From: Octopus vulgaris
Taxonomy: Eukaryota
NCBI GenBank assembly: GCA_951406725.2
Contig: OX597834.1
Location: 9,052,001 to 9,116,000, forward strand
DNA: 64,000 nt
Direction: 5' to 3'
Shown here in pieces: positions 1-12,576 of this stretch. The notes beneath the pieces were generated by a model, which saw only the letters and a program-made list of their open reading frames with translations, did not search any database and was not told where the DNA came from. Position numbers and translations under genes: made by a program. Positions within the stretch are counted from its first letter, which is position 1, and each line of letters starts with the position of its first letter.

Positions 1-96
1 CGACCTCGGCGGAATTTGTACTCAGAACGTAACGACAGACGAAATACGGCTATGTATTTCGCCCGGTGTGCGAAGGTTTCTGCCAGCTCACCACCA
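1..96 (-). mobile_element. tRNA-derived SINE family A, 5' part (window edge)
   Basis: Reverse complement reads GAGCTGGCAGAAACCTTCGCAC...TTCTGAGTACAAATTCCGCCGAGGTCG, matching the A-box/B-box head of the family-A copies at 9196, 19929 and 23549. Confidence 0.85.
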
Positions 97-440
97 ATCA
101 TTCTGTTCAAGAATTAGGATCCACATCGTCCGTGCAACGGCACCAGACTGTTGGTGAACGCGATTCGACCCCATGACCTAGAGGCAACAATTATGACTGA
201 GAATTATAAGGGTGAGGATGTCTTCATTCCAGGGAACCTATGAACCCCATATATCCTCCCATTTGAATTTAAACGGTTCCGGTTCCAAGTGAAACTAAGT
301 TGAGCTATGTCAATAAACACGTCTCAAGGACAATCTCTCGAGTTTGTTGGACTTCACTTTGCTTCTCTCATGGTTGTTCGCGACCTGGAATTTCCCACAA
401 TCTTTTCATGTATACACCAATTAAAGGACACACTCAAAAT
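97..440 (+). pseudogene. Helitron RepHel PIF1-type helicase C-terminal fragment (degenerate)
   Basis: Translates with stops/frameshifts to IILFKN*DPHRPCNGTRLLV...EATIMTENYKGEDVFIP...PFEFKRFRFQVKLS*AMS...CFSHG. These match Helitron helicase motifs (LCNGTRL, FKRxQFPV, CFSHGQLYV). Confidence 0.85.
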
Positions 441-470
441 ATTATACATTTAGAATCTCTACGAAAATTA

Positions 471-566
471 AACTCGGCGGAATTTGAACTCAGAACGTAA
501 CGGCAGACGAAATACGGCTACGTATTTCGCCAAGCGTGCTAAAGTTTCTGCAAGCTCGCCGCCTTC
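471..566 (-). mobile_element. SINE family A head fragment
   Basis: Reverse complement GGCGGCGAGCTTGCAGAAACTTTAGCACG...GAGTTCAAATTCCGCCGAG. Confidence 0.85.
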
Positions 567-569
567 AAA

Positions 570-2310
570 AGTAATATACCATCATGCTTGAGTCCCCTCG
601 CACTTGGTAGTGTTTTTCCATTATTTTTACGCCATGATGAAAGGGTTCACCTTGTTTTTCCTAGCATCACGCAGGTTATCTGGAAATTCATCCAAGAGAC
701 TGTGTAAGTATGCAATTTAATATTCATTCTACATCCAAGTGCTTGCAAACTCAAAGAGTAGAGATTACACGATCTCCTGATAGTTGGCAGCTTTCCTGTT
801 CCTAAGGAAATTCGCACCTCATCAGAAAAGACGGTGCTAACTCTGGCCCCCTAGCACGCATTCTTGTAGCAAAATGTGGATCATTGAGGAGTGTTCTTAT
901 TGGCGATCAATCAATTATACTTGCTTTCTTCTTCTTTTTCTTCTTCTCCTCCTTCTTGTTGTTCTTGTTGTTCTTCTCTTCCTCCTTCTTCTTCTCAATA
1001 TACTTGCCTTTTTCTCCTTCTTGTTCTTCTTTTTCTCCTTCTTCATCTTCCTTTTCTCCTTCTTCTTCAACTTCTTTTTCTCCTTCTTCTTCTTATCAGC
1101 GTGACTTCGAAAGATTGTACATGTCACCGCAGTGATCAAGAGGTTTCATGAAAAATCTTCCCCACACCAAGATTTACGTGTTGTGGGAGGGAGACGATCT
1201 TTTCCTATCAACAAGAGAATCATTAACGATATTCCTCTCACTCGGCGTGAAACCATTGTCTTTTTAAGCCAGCAATCATTTGTAGCTCTACTGTTCCAGT
1301 TGGACAGGAAACAAGGATACTTGATATAACATTCTTACTGGCCCGGTAGAAGGTTTACCATTTTCAAATCAACACAATTTATCCATCCATTAACATGATA
1401 TTGCAAACATTCCAGAACAGTCTTGATGTTGGTATACTCCTCTTTAATTTTTTATCGAGTGCCCTGTGGTGATTGAACCATACAAATTCCTGTTGTGAAG
1501 TAAAAACACATTTCAAGATGCTTTTAGAGCTGTCAATAAATGCCTCCTCTCACATGAATCACATGCCTTCATTCTAATATTGAGTAGAAGCACTTCAACA
1601 TCATTACAATAAACAAGCTGACTTTTTAATAGAAATCCTTTCACAGTTTTGCTTCTCTTTTGCGACAAATGGTTACATAAATCCCAGGTTTCAGTAGTCT
1701 ATCCTCTTGCAACCTGGAAGCTAACAATTCAACAGCGCTTGTTACCTAATATAAATCCGGGGTCAGAGCATTGAATTCAAGCTGACTAAAAAGAGACAAA
1801 TTATCACAGTCTGTACGAGATGACGTAAACATTTTATCTTCATGAGTCGTAGGTAAATTGAGAGCTTCATCATCAGTCTGTAGCTGCTCAATAAATACAG
1901 GCAGAAGTATGTCCTCGATGTGTGTGCAATAGGTCGACGGCTATATGTGATTATCTGGGTATTGCAAGTGTTATTTGGTGTTTGCATTCAAACCATTTAC
2001 ATTAACAAGAATTCCCCCCAGCTGGACGGGACGCCAGTCCATCGCAGCGTTACTCAAGAAAAAGGAAGAAATAGTGAGAGAAATTTGGGGGGAAAGAGTA
2101 CAACAGGGGTCGCCCCCCCCCCCCCGCCGGAACCTCGTGGAGCTTTAGGTCTTTTCGCTCAATAAACACACACAAAGCCCGGTCTGCGAATCGAAACCGC
2201 GTCCTCCGATCGCGAGTCCGCTGCCCTAACCACTGGGTCAATGCGCCTCGACCTGCTTCAGGTGAACTATAGATAAAATAATCGGTTGTCTGTAACAATG
2301 TGAAAGCAGA
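570..2310 (-). pseudogene. Degenerate DDE transposase, Chapaev3-like (CMC group); interrupted by a CT-rich tract (~920-1095) and a SINE (~2010-2250)
   Basis: Minus-strand pieces: FIDSSKSILKCV (~1500-1545), CVDLKMVNLLPGQ..YIKYPCFLSNWNSRA (~1285-1380), LDEFPDNLRDA..QGEPFHHGVKIMEKHYQ (~605-700), RRPIAH (~1925). Family name is from my recollection of these motifs. Confidence 0.7.
2010..2250 (-). mobile_element. tRNA-derived SINE family B (tail type Y, truncated)
   Basis: Head GAGGCGCATTGACCCAGTGGTTAGGGCAGCGGACTCGCG...GGTTTCGATTC; same head and body as 5797 and 56255, followed by GCGATGGACTGGCGTCCCGTCCAG. Confidence 0.88.
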
Positions 2311-3009
2311 ATGAAGTTACTTAAAAGTGAGAATTAAAAAAAAACACACAAAAATGAAAGGAAATAGCAAATTATCTCCCTATATAAAATACGTTGTCTG
2401 CGTGTGTACTGTATGCACGCTCAAACCTTTGGATCAGTCTATATCATACTTTGGGGGTGAATGAATAATTTGAACTTGGAAATAATAATACAGGCTTGAT
2501 CTATTTTTTTTAATTAAAAATAAATAATATCGCCTTATATATATATAATAAAGATTCACTTCTTCAAACCGTTTTGTCAATGTTAACTTCGTGTGTCTGT
2601 CGTCCAGAGGTAGTAACTAAGTAACCAGCTATTTACACACACGAGTATATATACATGATTACAATTGTGATAAAAGAGAATTTCTAAAGGTACTTTCATT
2701 TTTTATATTCTTCTCTAGCTTCTATTTGTGTATTTGTACGTACAGGTTCATTTCTGTAAAAATTTTCCATTGTCAACAGGTCTGCGTCATATATAACTAC
2801 TATCACTGCTATCCACTACCACTCCTACTTTACTAGTATCAACACACAACTAAAAGTTCTGTTGCTAATACTAATACTACAAATATCACCACCACTACAG
2901 CTGCCATCACCATTATTATTTATCGATCTGACAGAATTAGCGGCATTTCCTCTACCGCTACGTTCTCAGTTCAAATTCCGCTGAGGTCGACTTTGACTTT
3001 CATATGTTA

Positions 3010-3600
3010 ACAGGTTTGCTTTATATATATATAAGACATATATTTGTTTGTAACCTTTATCAACAGTTAACTGTCAATGATCTCATAATGCATGTTCTCC
3101 CAAACATTTTACAAAACTGTAGCTATAGTCAAGGGCTCTGTGAGCGATCCATCTTAGCTCCACATGATAATGCTGTCGAAAAAATCAGCTGGGATCTCTT
3201 GCAGCTACTTCCAAGACAAGAACAATCTTTCAAAACCCTGGATACAATTATTGATCAGCAACAGGCTATAGTTTTTCCAACTGAGTTCCTGAAATCTATA
3301 CCAACTGAGATGCCACTTCATCACTTCACACTTAAAATGGAGACCCCAATCATGCTGCTCAAGAATTAGGATCCACATCGCCCGTACAACGGTACCAGAC
3401 TGTTGGTGAAAGCGATGCAACTCCATGTCCTAGACACAATAATTATGACTGGGAACTATAAGGGTGAGGTTGTCTTCATTCCACGGAACCCGTTATCCCA
3501 TATATCCTCCCCTTTGAATTTAAACGGTTCCGGTTCCCAGTAAAACTAAGTTGAGCTATGTCAATAAAAAAGTCTCAAGAACAGTCTTTCGAGTTTGGCA
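3010..3600 (+). pseudogene. Helitron PIF1-type helicase fragment
   Basis: ORF 3004-3369 has ERSILAPHDNAVEKI...FPTEFLKSIPTEMPLHHFTLKMETPIMLLKN, then *DPHRPYNGTRLLV...PFEFKRFRFPVKLS. A possible Helitron 5' end (A|TCTCCCTATATAAAA) lies at 2375. Confidence 0.88.
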
Positions 3601-3605
3601 ACTTG

Positions 3606-5740
3606 ACACAAACAAACAGACATCCAAACAGACTGCCGGCCTCGGAGGGGCAGCCAACATTGACTGTGCTACACCATTATTTGAAACCGTTATTCGCCAT
3701 TTGGTGAGTTTGATGGTGATGCTGGGATTTTTTGCACAATGCTGTAACTCCTCGTTTTGTTGTATTAGTAACTTCCAATGTCAAATTTGAGTGCAAGGTC
3801 CTCCGAGATTTTCCAGATGGATATCGCTACATATATTTCACGCCTTCGTTCTAGGGTGAAGCGTTTTCACTCTTTCCCAGTAGATGATAATTTACATTGT
3901 GACGATTTTCTTGGTGTAGCTTCATTAGATTGCTTCAAGTTCCGCCGTGAATTTTCTGTTTGGTGACAATAGTTGGAGACAGTAGTCTAAGCGGCTGAGG
4001 ACATATGTCCTCCAAAGGACGATCAATGTCTTCTTTTCTTTTGTTTTCAAACCTCGGAAGATCCATCCAGCTAGCCAACTCCATTTTATAACGAAATTGG
4101 TAATATGCACTTCGAAAGATGCATCATGTCTCATGTCATTGCCCGGGTCAGGAATTGCTTTTGATTCAGGGTTTGCAATTCCTCGCGGGCCAGTGTATCC
4201 TGTCTGCACGCTGTTCAGTTTTGTTTGCTGATAGCGTAGGCTTGGAATTTTCTTGCATTACACTGCATGTTGTTCTCCTCAGCCTAACTGTATATAGCGT
4301 CCAACTCACGTTGCAGATGTGCAATATTTCCAGAATTTTGTATTATCTGGGAGACTTTGTGTCATCTGCACGGCTAGCATGAGTGGCTATCTGAGCAGCT
4401 GAAAGCATGAGAATGTCACTATCAATAGCAGTGGCCCTAAGGCAGTGCCCTGTGGAACACCACTTGCTATTTGTGTTTCCTTGGCGGTGGCTCTGTCGGC
4501 TACCACCGCCTAACGTCTACAGTTTAGAAAGTCGTGCAGCCACTTACTAAGTGTTTCACCTATGCCGAGATCACACAGTTTCTAAAGATATCATACTATG
4601 GTCCTTTATCAAAGGCTTTTGCAATGTCGAGATATATCACATCCACATGTGAGTCATTTAGCAGCTGTTTTGACACCTAGTCTTAGTGTTGCAAGAGCTA
4701 TATTAGACAGCTTCTATCTGCTTGAAATATATGCTGGATGTCAGTCAGCGAGTAATTTTCTTCAAGGAAAGCGATTAGTTTCTTGCGGAGTATTCGTTCC
4801 AAGACTGGTGGTTGCAGGAATCAGCTGATGCGTGAGGTCAGAGACATTTGCATAACATTTTTAGAGTCTCTTATACTTCCTCCCTTATGGGTAAGGCATA
4901 TTGTTCCTTTCTTCAGTTTCTCTGGGATAAAGAAAGCTTGCAAGAAAGCACTGAAGAGAAGCTGCAGTGGATCTGGAAGGGCTCGCTGACACGATTTCAG
5001 TAGGACTGGTGGAAATCTATCAGGGCCAGCAACTCAATTTGTGTCACCCTCACATAGAGCCAGTGTTACATCTTCAATGTTAAGGTACTAAATTTTCGCC
5101 TCTTTGGTTTGAGGGAAAATGGCAAAGAATTCTGCTGGTTTGTACACGTACCTCTGTCCCAAAGGTGTAATGAACACATTTTGGAACTGTTCGTTCAGCA
5201 TTTCATTTAGTTTCATGGGGTTTCCTGCAAGGGAGCCATCTTTGTAGAAGCAGGGTCCTATCGTGTGGCGTACTGAGGCTTTTTCTTTGGTAAACATAAA
5301 GAAAGCTTTAGAGTTTGACTTGATATTTTCTAAAGCACAAGCTTCTGTACCTGCTCTCATTTTTTGTATTAGACTGGTGCAAACTTTTCTCAATTTCCAG
5401 TAATCTCGCCAGGCGAGACGTCTCACCACTTTTAGGGTGCTTGCTCAGGTGGTTCGCAATCTTATAAGAACCTTCCTTTCCCGATGGATCCTGATTTTGT
5501 GTATGGTGACCCTGCACACTGGGGCAGATTTGTCACATACGCCTTGTATTAAGGAAATGAAATGTTTGTGTTTCATGTCAATGTCTGGTGTGAAGAGACA
5601 TTTAGGCCAATGCAGTCTGGGAATTTATCCCAATCAACATCTAATTTGCTTTATGAAAATTTAGTTTCTAGAGATTTCGGGTGCTTCGTATAGGCTGTAT
5701 GACTACATGGGCTTTTGGCCCATACATAGACAGCTCTATA
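3606..5740 (-). mobile_element. Decayed non-LTR retrotransposon (CR1/L2-group) ORF2 with RT domain
   Basis: Minus strand shows ENIKSNSKAFF, YLDIAKAFDK, SGVPQGTALGPL, ADDTK, YVLSRLDYCLQLLSP, with many stops and frameshifts. Confidence 0.88.
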
Positions 5741-5796
5741 TAGGGTGTAATTATGTATGTATGTATGTATGTATGCATGTATGTATGTATGTATGT

Positions 5797-6175
5797 GGAG
5801 GCGCAATGGCCCAGTGGTTAGGGCAGCGGACTCGCGGTCATAGGATCGCGGTTTCGATTCCCAGACCGAGCGTTGTGAGTGTTTATTGAGCGAAAACACC
5901 TAAAGCTCCACAAGGCTCCGGCAGGGGATGGGGGTGATCCCTGCTGTACTCTTTCACCACAACTTTCTCTCACACTTCCTGTTTCTGTTGTACCTGTATT
6001 TCAAAGGGCCGGCCTTGCCACTCTCTGTGTCACGCTGAATATCCCAGAGAACTACGTTAAGGGTACGCGTGTCTGTGGAGTGCTCAGCCACTTACACGTT
6101 AATTTCATGAGCAGGCTGTTCCGTTGATTCGGATCAACCGGAACCCTCATCGTCGTAACCGACGGAGTGCTTCCA
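5797..6175 (+). mobile_element. tRNA-derived SINE family B, full length (tail type X)
   Basis: A-box TGGCCCAGTGG, B-box GGTTTCGATTCC, tRNA-like head with a CTCGCGG loop; flanked by (GTAT)n and (TA)n. Confidence 0.9.
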
Positions 6176-6176
6176 A

Positions 6177-6222
<46 letters not shown>

Positions 6223-6340
6223 TGTGTGTGGATGTATATATATATATGTATGTATATATGTGTATTTGTATGTATGTATGTATATATATGAATATATATA
6301 TATGTATAGATGTATACAAATACATACATACATGTGTGTG

Positions 6341-6386
<46 letters not shown>

Positions 6387-6404
6387 ATATGTGCTACGTA
6401 TGTC

Positions 6405-7252
6405 AGTTGATACCATCTCTGGCAAGGGCTTTGAAATAAAACCAAGAAGAAGTTCCAGACACCCAGCTGAGTACTTGACAGACACTGACTTTGCTGACGA
6501 CATCGCTCTTATCAGTGATTCTCTCTCCAATGCCCAGTCTCTTTTACAATCTCTTGAACAGGCCTCAAATTGTGTAGGTCTTTACCTCAATGAGGCCAAA
6601 ACTGAATACATAAACAAGTGCCTGTCCAACAGTGATTGCATCATCCACACTCTCAACAGTGCGCCTTTAAATATGGTTTCTGATTATAAATATCTTGGGT
6701 CATAAATATCATCATCTGGAAAAGACTTTCTAACTAGAAAGGGTATGGCCTGGTCAGCCTGTAATGACATGCATAAGATCTGGTCATCAAAACTAAGTAG
6801 AGACTTCAAACTTGAAATATTCAAAGCCACAGTCGAACCAATTCTACTATATGGCTCAGAAACCTGGACGTTATCAAAGAAGCTTGAGAGGCGGTTGGAT
6901 GGAACCTACACTCGCCTCCTTATGAGAGCTCAAAATCTCTCGTGGAAGCGCCATCCAACCAAAATGCAAATATATGGGAAATTACCACCTGTGTCATCTC
7001 TTGTGAAAGGTAGGAGAGTCCGGTTTGCTGGACATTGTTGTAGAGCTGAAAAAGAAGTAAATTCTACTCTTCTCCTCTGGAAGCCATCTATTCGCAGTAC
7101 CAGAGGGCGCACACTCTCCTACCCTGATGTAATCTCCAGGGATACAGGCATCCAGCAACAGGACCTCCGTAATGCCATGATGGACCGTGAAGTCTGGCGT
7201 AACATAATAAATTCCATTGTCTCGACCACGGTCGAACAATGATGATGATGAT
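6405..7252 (+). mobile_element. 5'-truncated RTE-clade LINE (RT C-terminal half) with (GAT)n tail
   Basis: [37 protein letters not shown]; one in-frame stop at ~6703; ORF ends at 7242 and is followed by (GAT)n. Confidence 0.92.
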
Positions 7253-7919
7253 GTGCGCAGTTGTACGGGTGTATATGAGTGTCTTATCTTCTTTGTAGTT
7301 TTCATACAGCAAATCTTTGTCCCTATAAATTGGGATCTCCAACTCTCTATCACAAGTAACGATAATACACTGCAATGCGGAATTCGGTCCGGTGTTTATA
7401 GCCAATTTCTTCAACTCTTTTGTAATGGGTATGTATATTTTAAATCCGCGCTATAATGTAAAAAAAAATTGTTTTTGCTCTCCTCAAATTTGAACAAAAT
7501 CATTAGAGGGACGTAATTAAATACCAAAATACTGTATTGTCCGTCAATGTGCAATTTCTGGTAACCGTTGCCCTTTATTTTTAAGTACTATAAACATTTT
7601 CCACATAAAATCATCCTGAAAATTAATTCTAAGTCACGATGTATAGCATTTAATAAATATATAAAAATATCTCTCGTTAGATTATAACTGCAATATTCTC
7701 AAAGCTGTTCAGTAACGAATTCTATGTGTTTAACCTAATTTTAAGAATTGTATTGATTTCTCATTTTGCTGCGTATAGCAGCTGTGAAGAGAGAGTAATG
7801 AAATATAGCGTAATAATGGTTACATAGATGTAAAGAATGAGATTTTTAAAGCAATGGGTCGGATTAATCGAGGCAGTTTTATTTGCCCGTTAATAAAATT
7901 ACACACATATACTCTCTCT

Positions 7920-7992
7920 ATATGTATATGTGTATGTGTGTGTGTGTGTGTGTATGTGTGTATATATGTGTGTGTATATGTGTGTGTATATA

Positions 7993-8047
<55 letters not shown>

Positions 8048-8276
8048 GTAAATGAGTGTGTGTGTGTGTATATATATGTATATGAGTGTGTGTGTATATG
8101 TATATGTGTGTGTATATATATATGTATATGTGTGTGTATATATATATGTATATGTGTGTATATATATATGTATATGTGTGTATATATATATATGTGTGTG
8201 TATATATATATATGTGTGTGTATATATATATATATGTGTGTGTATATATATATGTATATGTGTGTATATATATATA

Positions 8277-8307
<31 letters not shown>

Positions 8308-8556
8308 GTGTATATAAATATATGTGTGTGTATATATATATGTATATGTGTGTATATAAATATGTGTGTGTGTATATAAATATGTGTGTGTATATATATA
8401 TGTATATGTGTGTATATATATATGTATGTGTGTATATATATACATATATATATGTGTGTATATGTATGTGTGTGTATATATATATGTATGTGTGTGTGTA
8501 TATATATGTATGTGTGTGTGTATATATATGTATATATATGTGTGTGTGTTTGTGTG

Positions 8557-8591
<35 letters not shown>

Positions 8592-8671
8592 GTATATATA
8601 TATGTGTGTGTGTTTGTGTGTGTATATATATGTATGTGTGTATGTATATATATATATATATATGTATGTGC

Positions 8672-8706
<35 letters not shown>
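7920..8706. repeat. Compound (TG)n/(TA)n microsatellite
   Basis: Directly visible; source of several spurious YI/CV-rich ORFs. Confidence 0.97.
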
Positions 8707-8709
<3 letters not shown>

Positions 8710-9195
8710 GTGATGTTGGAAAAAAGAAATTTGTCGGATATTGATGTCAGTCTGCGTTTCTAAATTAGGAATATTTCCTCTTCTTTGGACTTATATATGT
8801 GAATTTAATTGTAATTTGGGATTAATTGTCAATTCACCTAGATGAAACACAAGAAATGAGGCATCGATATATATAAAAAAAGAACATCGAGTTAGATCTG
8901 TACACAGAAAAAAAAAACCATCGGTTATTATCAGTGTATAAATTCAAATGAAATTGTTTAAGAGTTTGGTTTGTTGTGTATCAGACATTGAAAGCCATTC
9001 TCTAGAATATTGCCGATGGCAGAAGAAATATAAGAAGAGAAAGAAAATTTCTGAAAGACAAACTGGTTCGTTAAGAAAGAAATTATTTCAGATTCACCCT
9101 ACAGCCACTGGAATTATTATGCAGCCAGTCGGAATTATTATGGATTTATAACCATATACCTCGAGAAGAATTGCGAAAGACCTTAGATATTGACA

Positions 9196-9420
9196 AGGCG
9201 ACGATCTGGCAGAAAGGTTAGAACGCAGGGCGAAATGCGTAGCCGTATTTCGTCTGCCATTACACTCTAAGTTCATATTCCGCCGAGGTCGACTTTGCCT
9301 TTCATCCTTTCGGGGTCGATAAATTAAGTACCAGTTACGCACTGGAATCGATGTAATCGACTTAATCCGTTTGTCTGTCCCCTCTGTGTGTAGCCCCTTG
9401 TGGGTAGTAAACAAATAGAA
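9196..9420 (+). mobile_element. SINE family A, full unit
   Basis: GGCGACGATCTGGCAGAAAGG...AGTTCATATTCCGCCGAGGTCGACTTTGCCTTTCATCCTTTCGGGGTCG...GCCCCTTGTGGGTAGTAAAC. Confidence 0.9.
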
Positions 9421-10278
9421 ATAGAAAGACCTTAAATGTTGACATATTGTTACAAAGGAAGAACCTAAGTATTACAAAAGCTAATGACTCTAAAATTTTC
9501 ACCTGGACTATAGACATTGAACAATAGGAAGACGGGTTCAAGTCGCCAAAGTGATCACCAGAAATCTAATTCTGCAGAATATTCAATTTACACCAGATTA
9601 GTGTTATGCATCGTAACTGATATAAGGGAAACAGATCGGTAGCAAGCTATAGGCAAGATTGTTCTTAGCAGGTTTTTAGAATAGAGATCATTATTATTAT
9701 TTTTATTAAATTACAAAATACAGTCTCTGAAATAAGTTGTTTAGAGTTATATGGATGGAATGAGATCCAGTAATATAATATAATTGAATTTTTCGGTATA
9801 GATATAATCTATCCTCTCCGTTCGAATATATTTCATCGTTTGTCTAAAATATCAGCGAATGTTTGGCATACGAACAACGCATAACTAATCAGCTAGAAAT
9901 AATGAATCGTAATCCGCTACACGGATAGAAAAGAGACAGTTTTGCCGAAGGGAACGAGTCGTGCTAATCGACATTTATATAGCTGGAAGTAAATTCGTTC
10001 ACCAAATGATATCAACGTGATATCACTGCAGGTACTACACATAGCCACAACACACACACACACGAACACACACACAAACAAACACACTGGCTTTCAAGCT
10101 CTATGGTATAGAAATCATGTCCCAATAACATTTTACCGGCATCTTCTGAGAACCGTTGGACAAACTGTGCATATTGGCGTACAGACTAAAATAAAGAATG
10201 GCTGATGACGGCTGCAATAATCCATGCAATAGATGTACACCATCAGAATTGCCCTGCAGGTACAAGACTCAACAACAC

Positions 10279-10319
<41 letters not shown>

Positions 10320-10609
10320 GACTCCCATACACACACACACACACATACATACATTGTAGTATTCTTCACTTTCCCCAGTTGTATTATAATCATGAGGCGC
10401 TGCTCAAGAATACGGCCTAAGAATATACCTGCATCATCCAAAAAAAAAATTACCTGCTTCAGAGATTCTCGGTTTTTGACCGATGCATTCCTCTAGTTGC
10501 TACATTGCAAAATCCACTCTACTTACAGGTCATTAAACTTAATTGTATACATAAATACACGCTCACACACAAAAACAAACACACACATACACACACACAT
10601 TTATATACA

Positions 10610-10918
10610 TGGAGATTCCTGGCTTACTGATTAGGGTATTTCTGTCTCATGGTCGTAAGGCTCTGAGTTCCGTTAACTGCTGCACGCTGTGTCCTTCAGT
10701 ATGATACTTTTTCACGTTGCTCCAGCTGGTCGAAATGAATAGTAACTGTATTTCAAACGGAGAGCCTTGTCACGGTCTGTGTCACCCCTGCTTTTGAACA
10801 ACACTAAGGGTATCCGTGTCTGAGGATTACACAACTTGCCTGTTTATTTTACGAGCTGGCTGTTCGGTTGATCGGATCTACTGGGACCCTCGTCGTGGAA
10901 AACAACAGCGTACCAGAT
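10610..10918 (+). mobile_element. Old SINE with family-D-type head/body and tail type X
   Basis: TTCACGTTGCTCCAG body as in the copy at 42790; 3' part TGTATTTCAAA...GTTGATCGGATCTACTGGGACCCTCGTCGT is homologous to ~5995-6165. Confidence 0.65.
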
Positions 10919-11072
10919 AGACAGATAGATACACGCATGCACACACTCACCCACACACGTATGTGTTTGTGTGTGTGAGTGTGATTGTGTCACTGTGTAT
11001 ATGTATGTGTAATAGAATAATTGGTGAACAACATACGTCTGGTGAGATTGTGATATTCATATTTATACAACA

Positions 11073-11385
11073 CAGGCGCATGGCCCAGTGGTTAGAGTGT
11101 GGGATTTACAATCATGTGCTAGTGAGTTCGATCCCTGGACAGGGATCTGTGTTGCGTTCTTGAACAAAATATTTCATTCAATTTGCTCTATTTGACTCTG
11201 CTAAAGAAATGATTTGTGATGTTACTGATGCAAAGCTATAACGGCCTCTGCCATACTCTTGAATAACATCGGTTATGCTATGCATATGTGAATGCTGGTC
11301 TTCCATAAACAACCGTGTCCTGACTTGTGCCCCGGAGGAGAACTTTCTAGCTGCAATACCATGGTCATTCCTGATAGAAACAAAT
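11073..11385 (+). mobile_element. SINE family D, diverged
   Basis: Head GGCGCATGGCCCAGTGGTTAGAG...GAGTTCGATCCC; tail GCTGGTCTTCCATAAACAACC...AACTTTCTAGCTGCAATACCATGGTC matches ~43028-43105. Confidence 0.8.
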
Positions 11386-12182
11386 GTATAAAGAGTATAA
11401 ATCACAGGAGATGGTAAAACTTCCACAAAGGTTTGTTCACAGAGCTACAATCCAAGGAATAAGCATGTTGCCCACCGGTTTGGTCGAGCTGATGACTCCC
11501 ATTCCTCACAGCTACAGAGCAAAGTTTTCCGCCATTTTCCGTTTCGCATTATTTCGTTTAGCATCCCTCGATCCAACCCATATAAGGACGTTGTGCTATT
11601 TTGTACGTGTCTTCGATTTGTAAATATTAGTCTCCTTTTCAAATAGTTTTACATTTATCCAGCTTCCTCTGGTTTTTGAAATTTAAATAATCTGCCTCTT
11701 TGCCATTTTAATTCTAAATATCTGCCCCTCGTTAAATGTATTCCACTCTCTGCGAGTTTTTAGAATACGATTATAGAATACGTTAGCACCATAATGTCAT
11801 ATGGAGAGAGGGAGAGAGAGAAAAGCATGCGAAGAACTACGTCATCTGCGTGAAGATGTAGTTTGTGTGCGCGTATGCGTATGTGTGTGAATGGGAGTGT
11901 GTGTGTGTGTGTGAGCGTAAGTATGTGAGTTTGTACGCATGCGTATGAACGTGCTTTTATGCGTGTGTGAGTGTGTGTGGTTAAGTGTGCGTATATTACT
12001 CTGTGAAGAAACGCAACTCGCCAGAAGACCTGTGAAAAAATAATTCGTTTCGTCAAAAGAATTATGAATATATTGAAGATAACTTTATTAGAATTTTGTC
12101 TTCAGTAGAAAACAATATTTTTAGTTACTAATTTTCGAACGATACAATTATACTTGTGCTCTAAATGCCTACTTTAACTATA

Positions 12183-12576
12183 TCTTTATATATAAAAGTG
12201 AGGTTGTGTGCTCTCTGTCTCCTACGATTTAGATTCTTAACTACTCCCACATTTTGTGGTGCAGTTTAACCAAAACAGGGTATCTTGTAGTCGTGATTCA
12301 TATCGAGCCCTTCTGGGTATTAGCGCGCGTCTACGATGAGTCTACGATTAAAAAAAAAATTACCATAAATTTTTCCCATTTTTAATGCATTTTTGGCATA
12401 TATAAGGGAAGTAACTCTCTAAAAATGTATTATTAAATCTCAGAACGTAAAAAGCTACAGTAACAATACCCTTTGTGGTTAACCATATTGAGATGGCTAT
12501 TATACTTTACATCTCTAAAAATGCTTATATAGTTATTTCCCTTACAAACCCGAGCAACGCCGGGCGATACTGCTAG
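12183..12576 (+). mobile_element. Non-autonomous Helitron
   Basis: 5' A|TCTTTATATATAAAA; 3' GC-rich hairpin CCCGAGCAACGCCGGG followed 8 nt later by CTAG|T; inserted between A and T with no TSD. Confidence 0.88.

Noticed and set aside
874-1151. F/L/S-rich or K/R-rich ORFs (also 20989-21459)
   Set aside because: Products of (TTC)n low-complexity tracts.
5797-5875. tRNA-like sequences (also ~41095-41167, ~42790-42860, ~56475-56545)
   Set aside because: SINE heads: acceptor stems are imperfect and they run directly into repeat bodies.
7854-8763. Long YI/CV/HT-rich ORFs (also ~6050-6530, 18640-19160, 26920-27220, 38422-39275, 53950-54500)
   Set aside because: Translations of dinucleotide and tetranucleotide microsatellites that lack stop codons; not genes.
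9094-9414. Recurrent ORFs containing 'RNWYLIYRPRKDERQSRPRRNLN' (also 19806, 23427, 26394, 32071, 47483)
   Set aside because: Antisense translation of SINE family A, not a protein family.
10137-10253. Minus-strand AG...GT-bounded open segment (similar candidates at ~39295-39372 minus, ~7299-7428 plus, ~25145-25270)
   Set aside because: Splice signals are weak or ambiguous, several frames are open, and no known domain is seen; cannot support a gene model.
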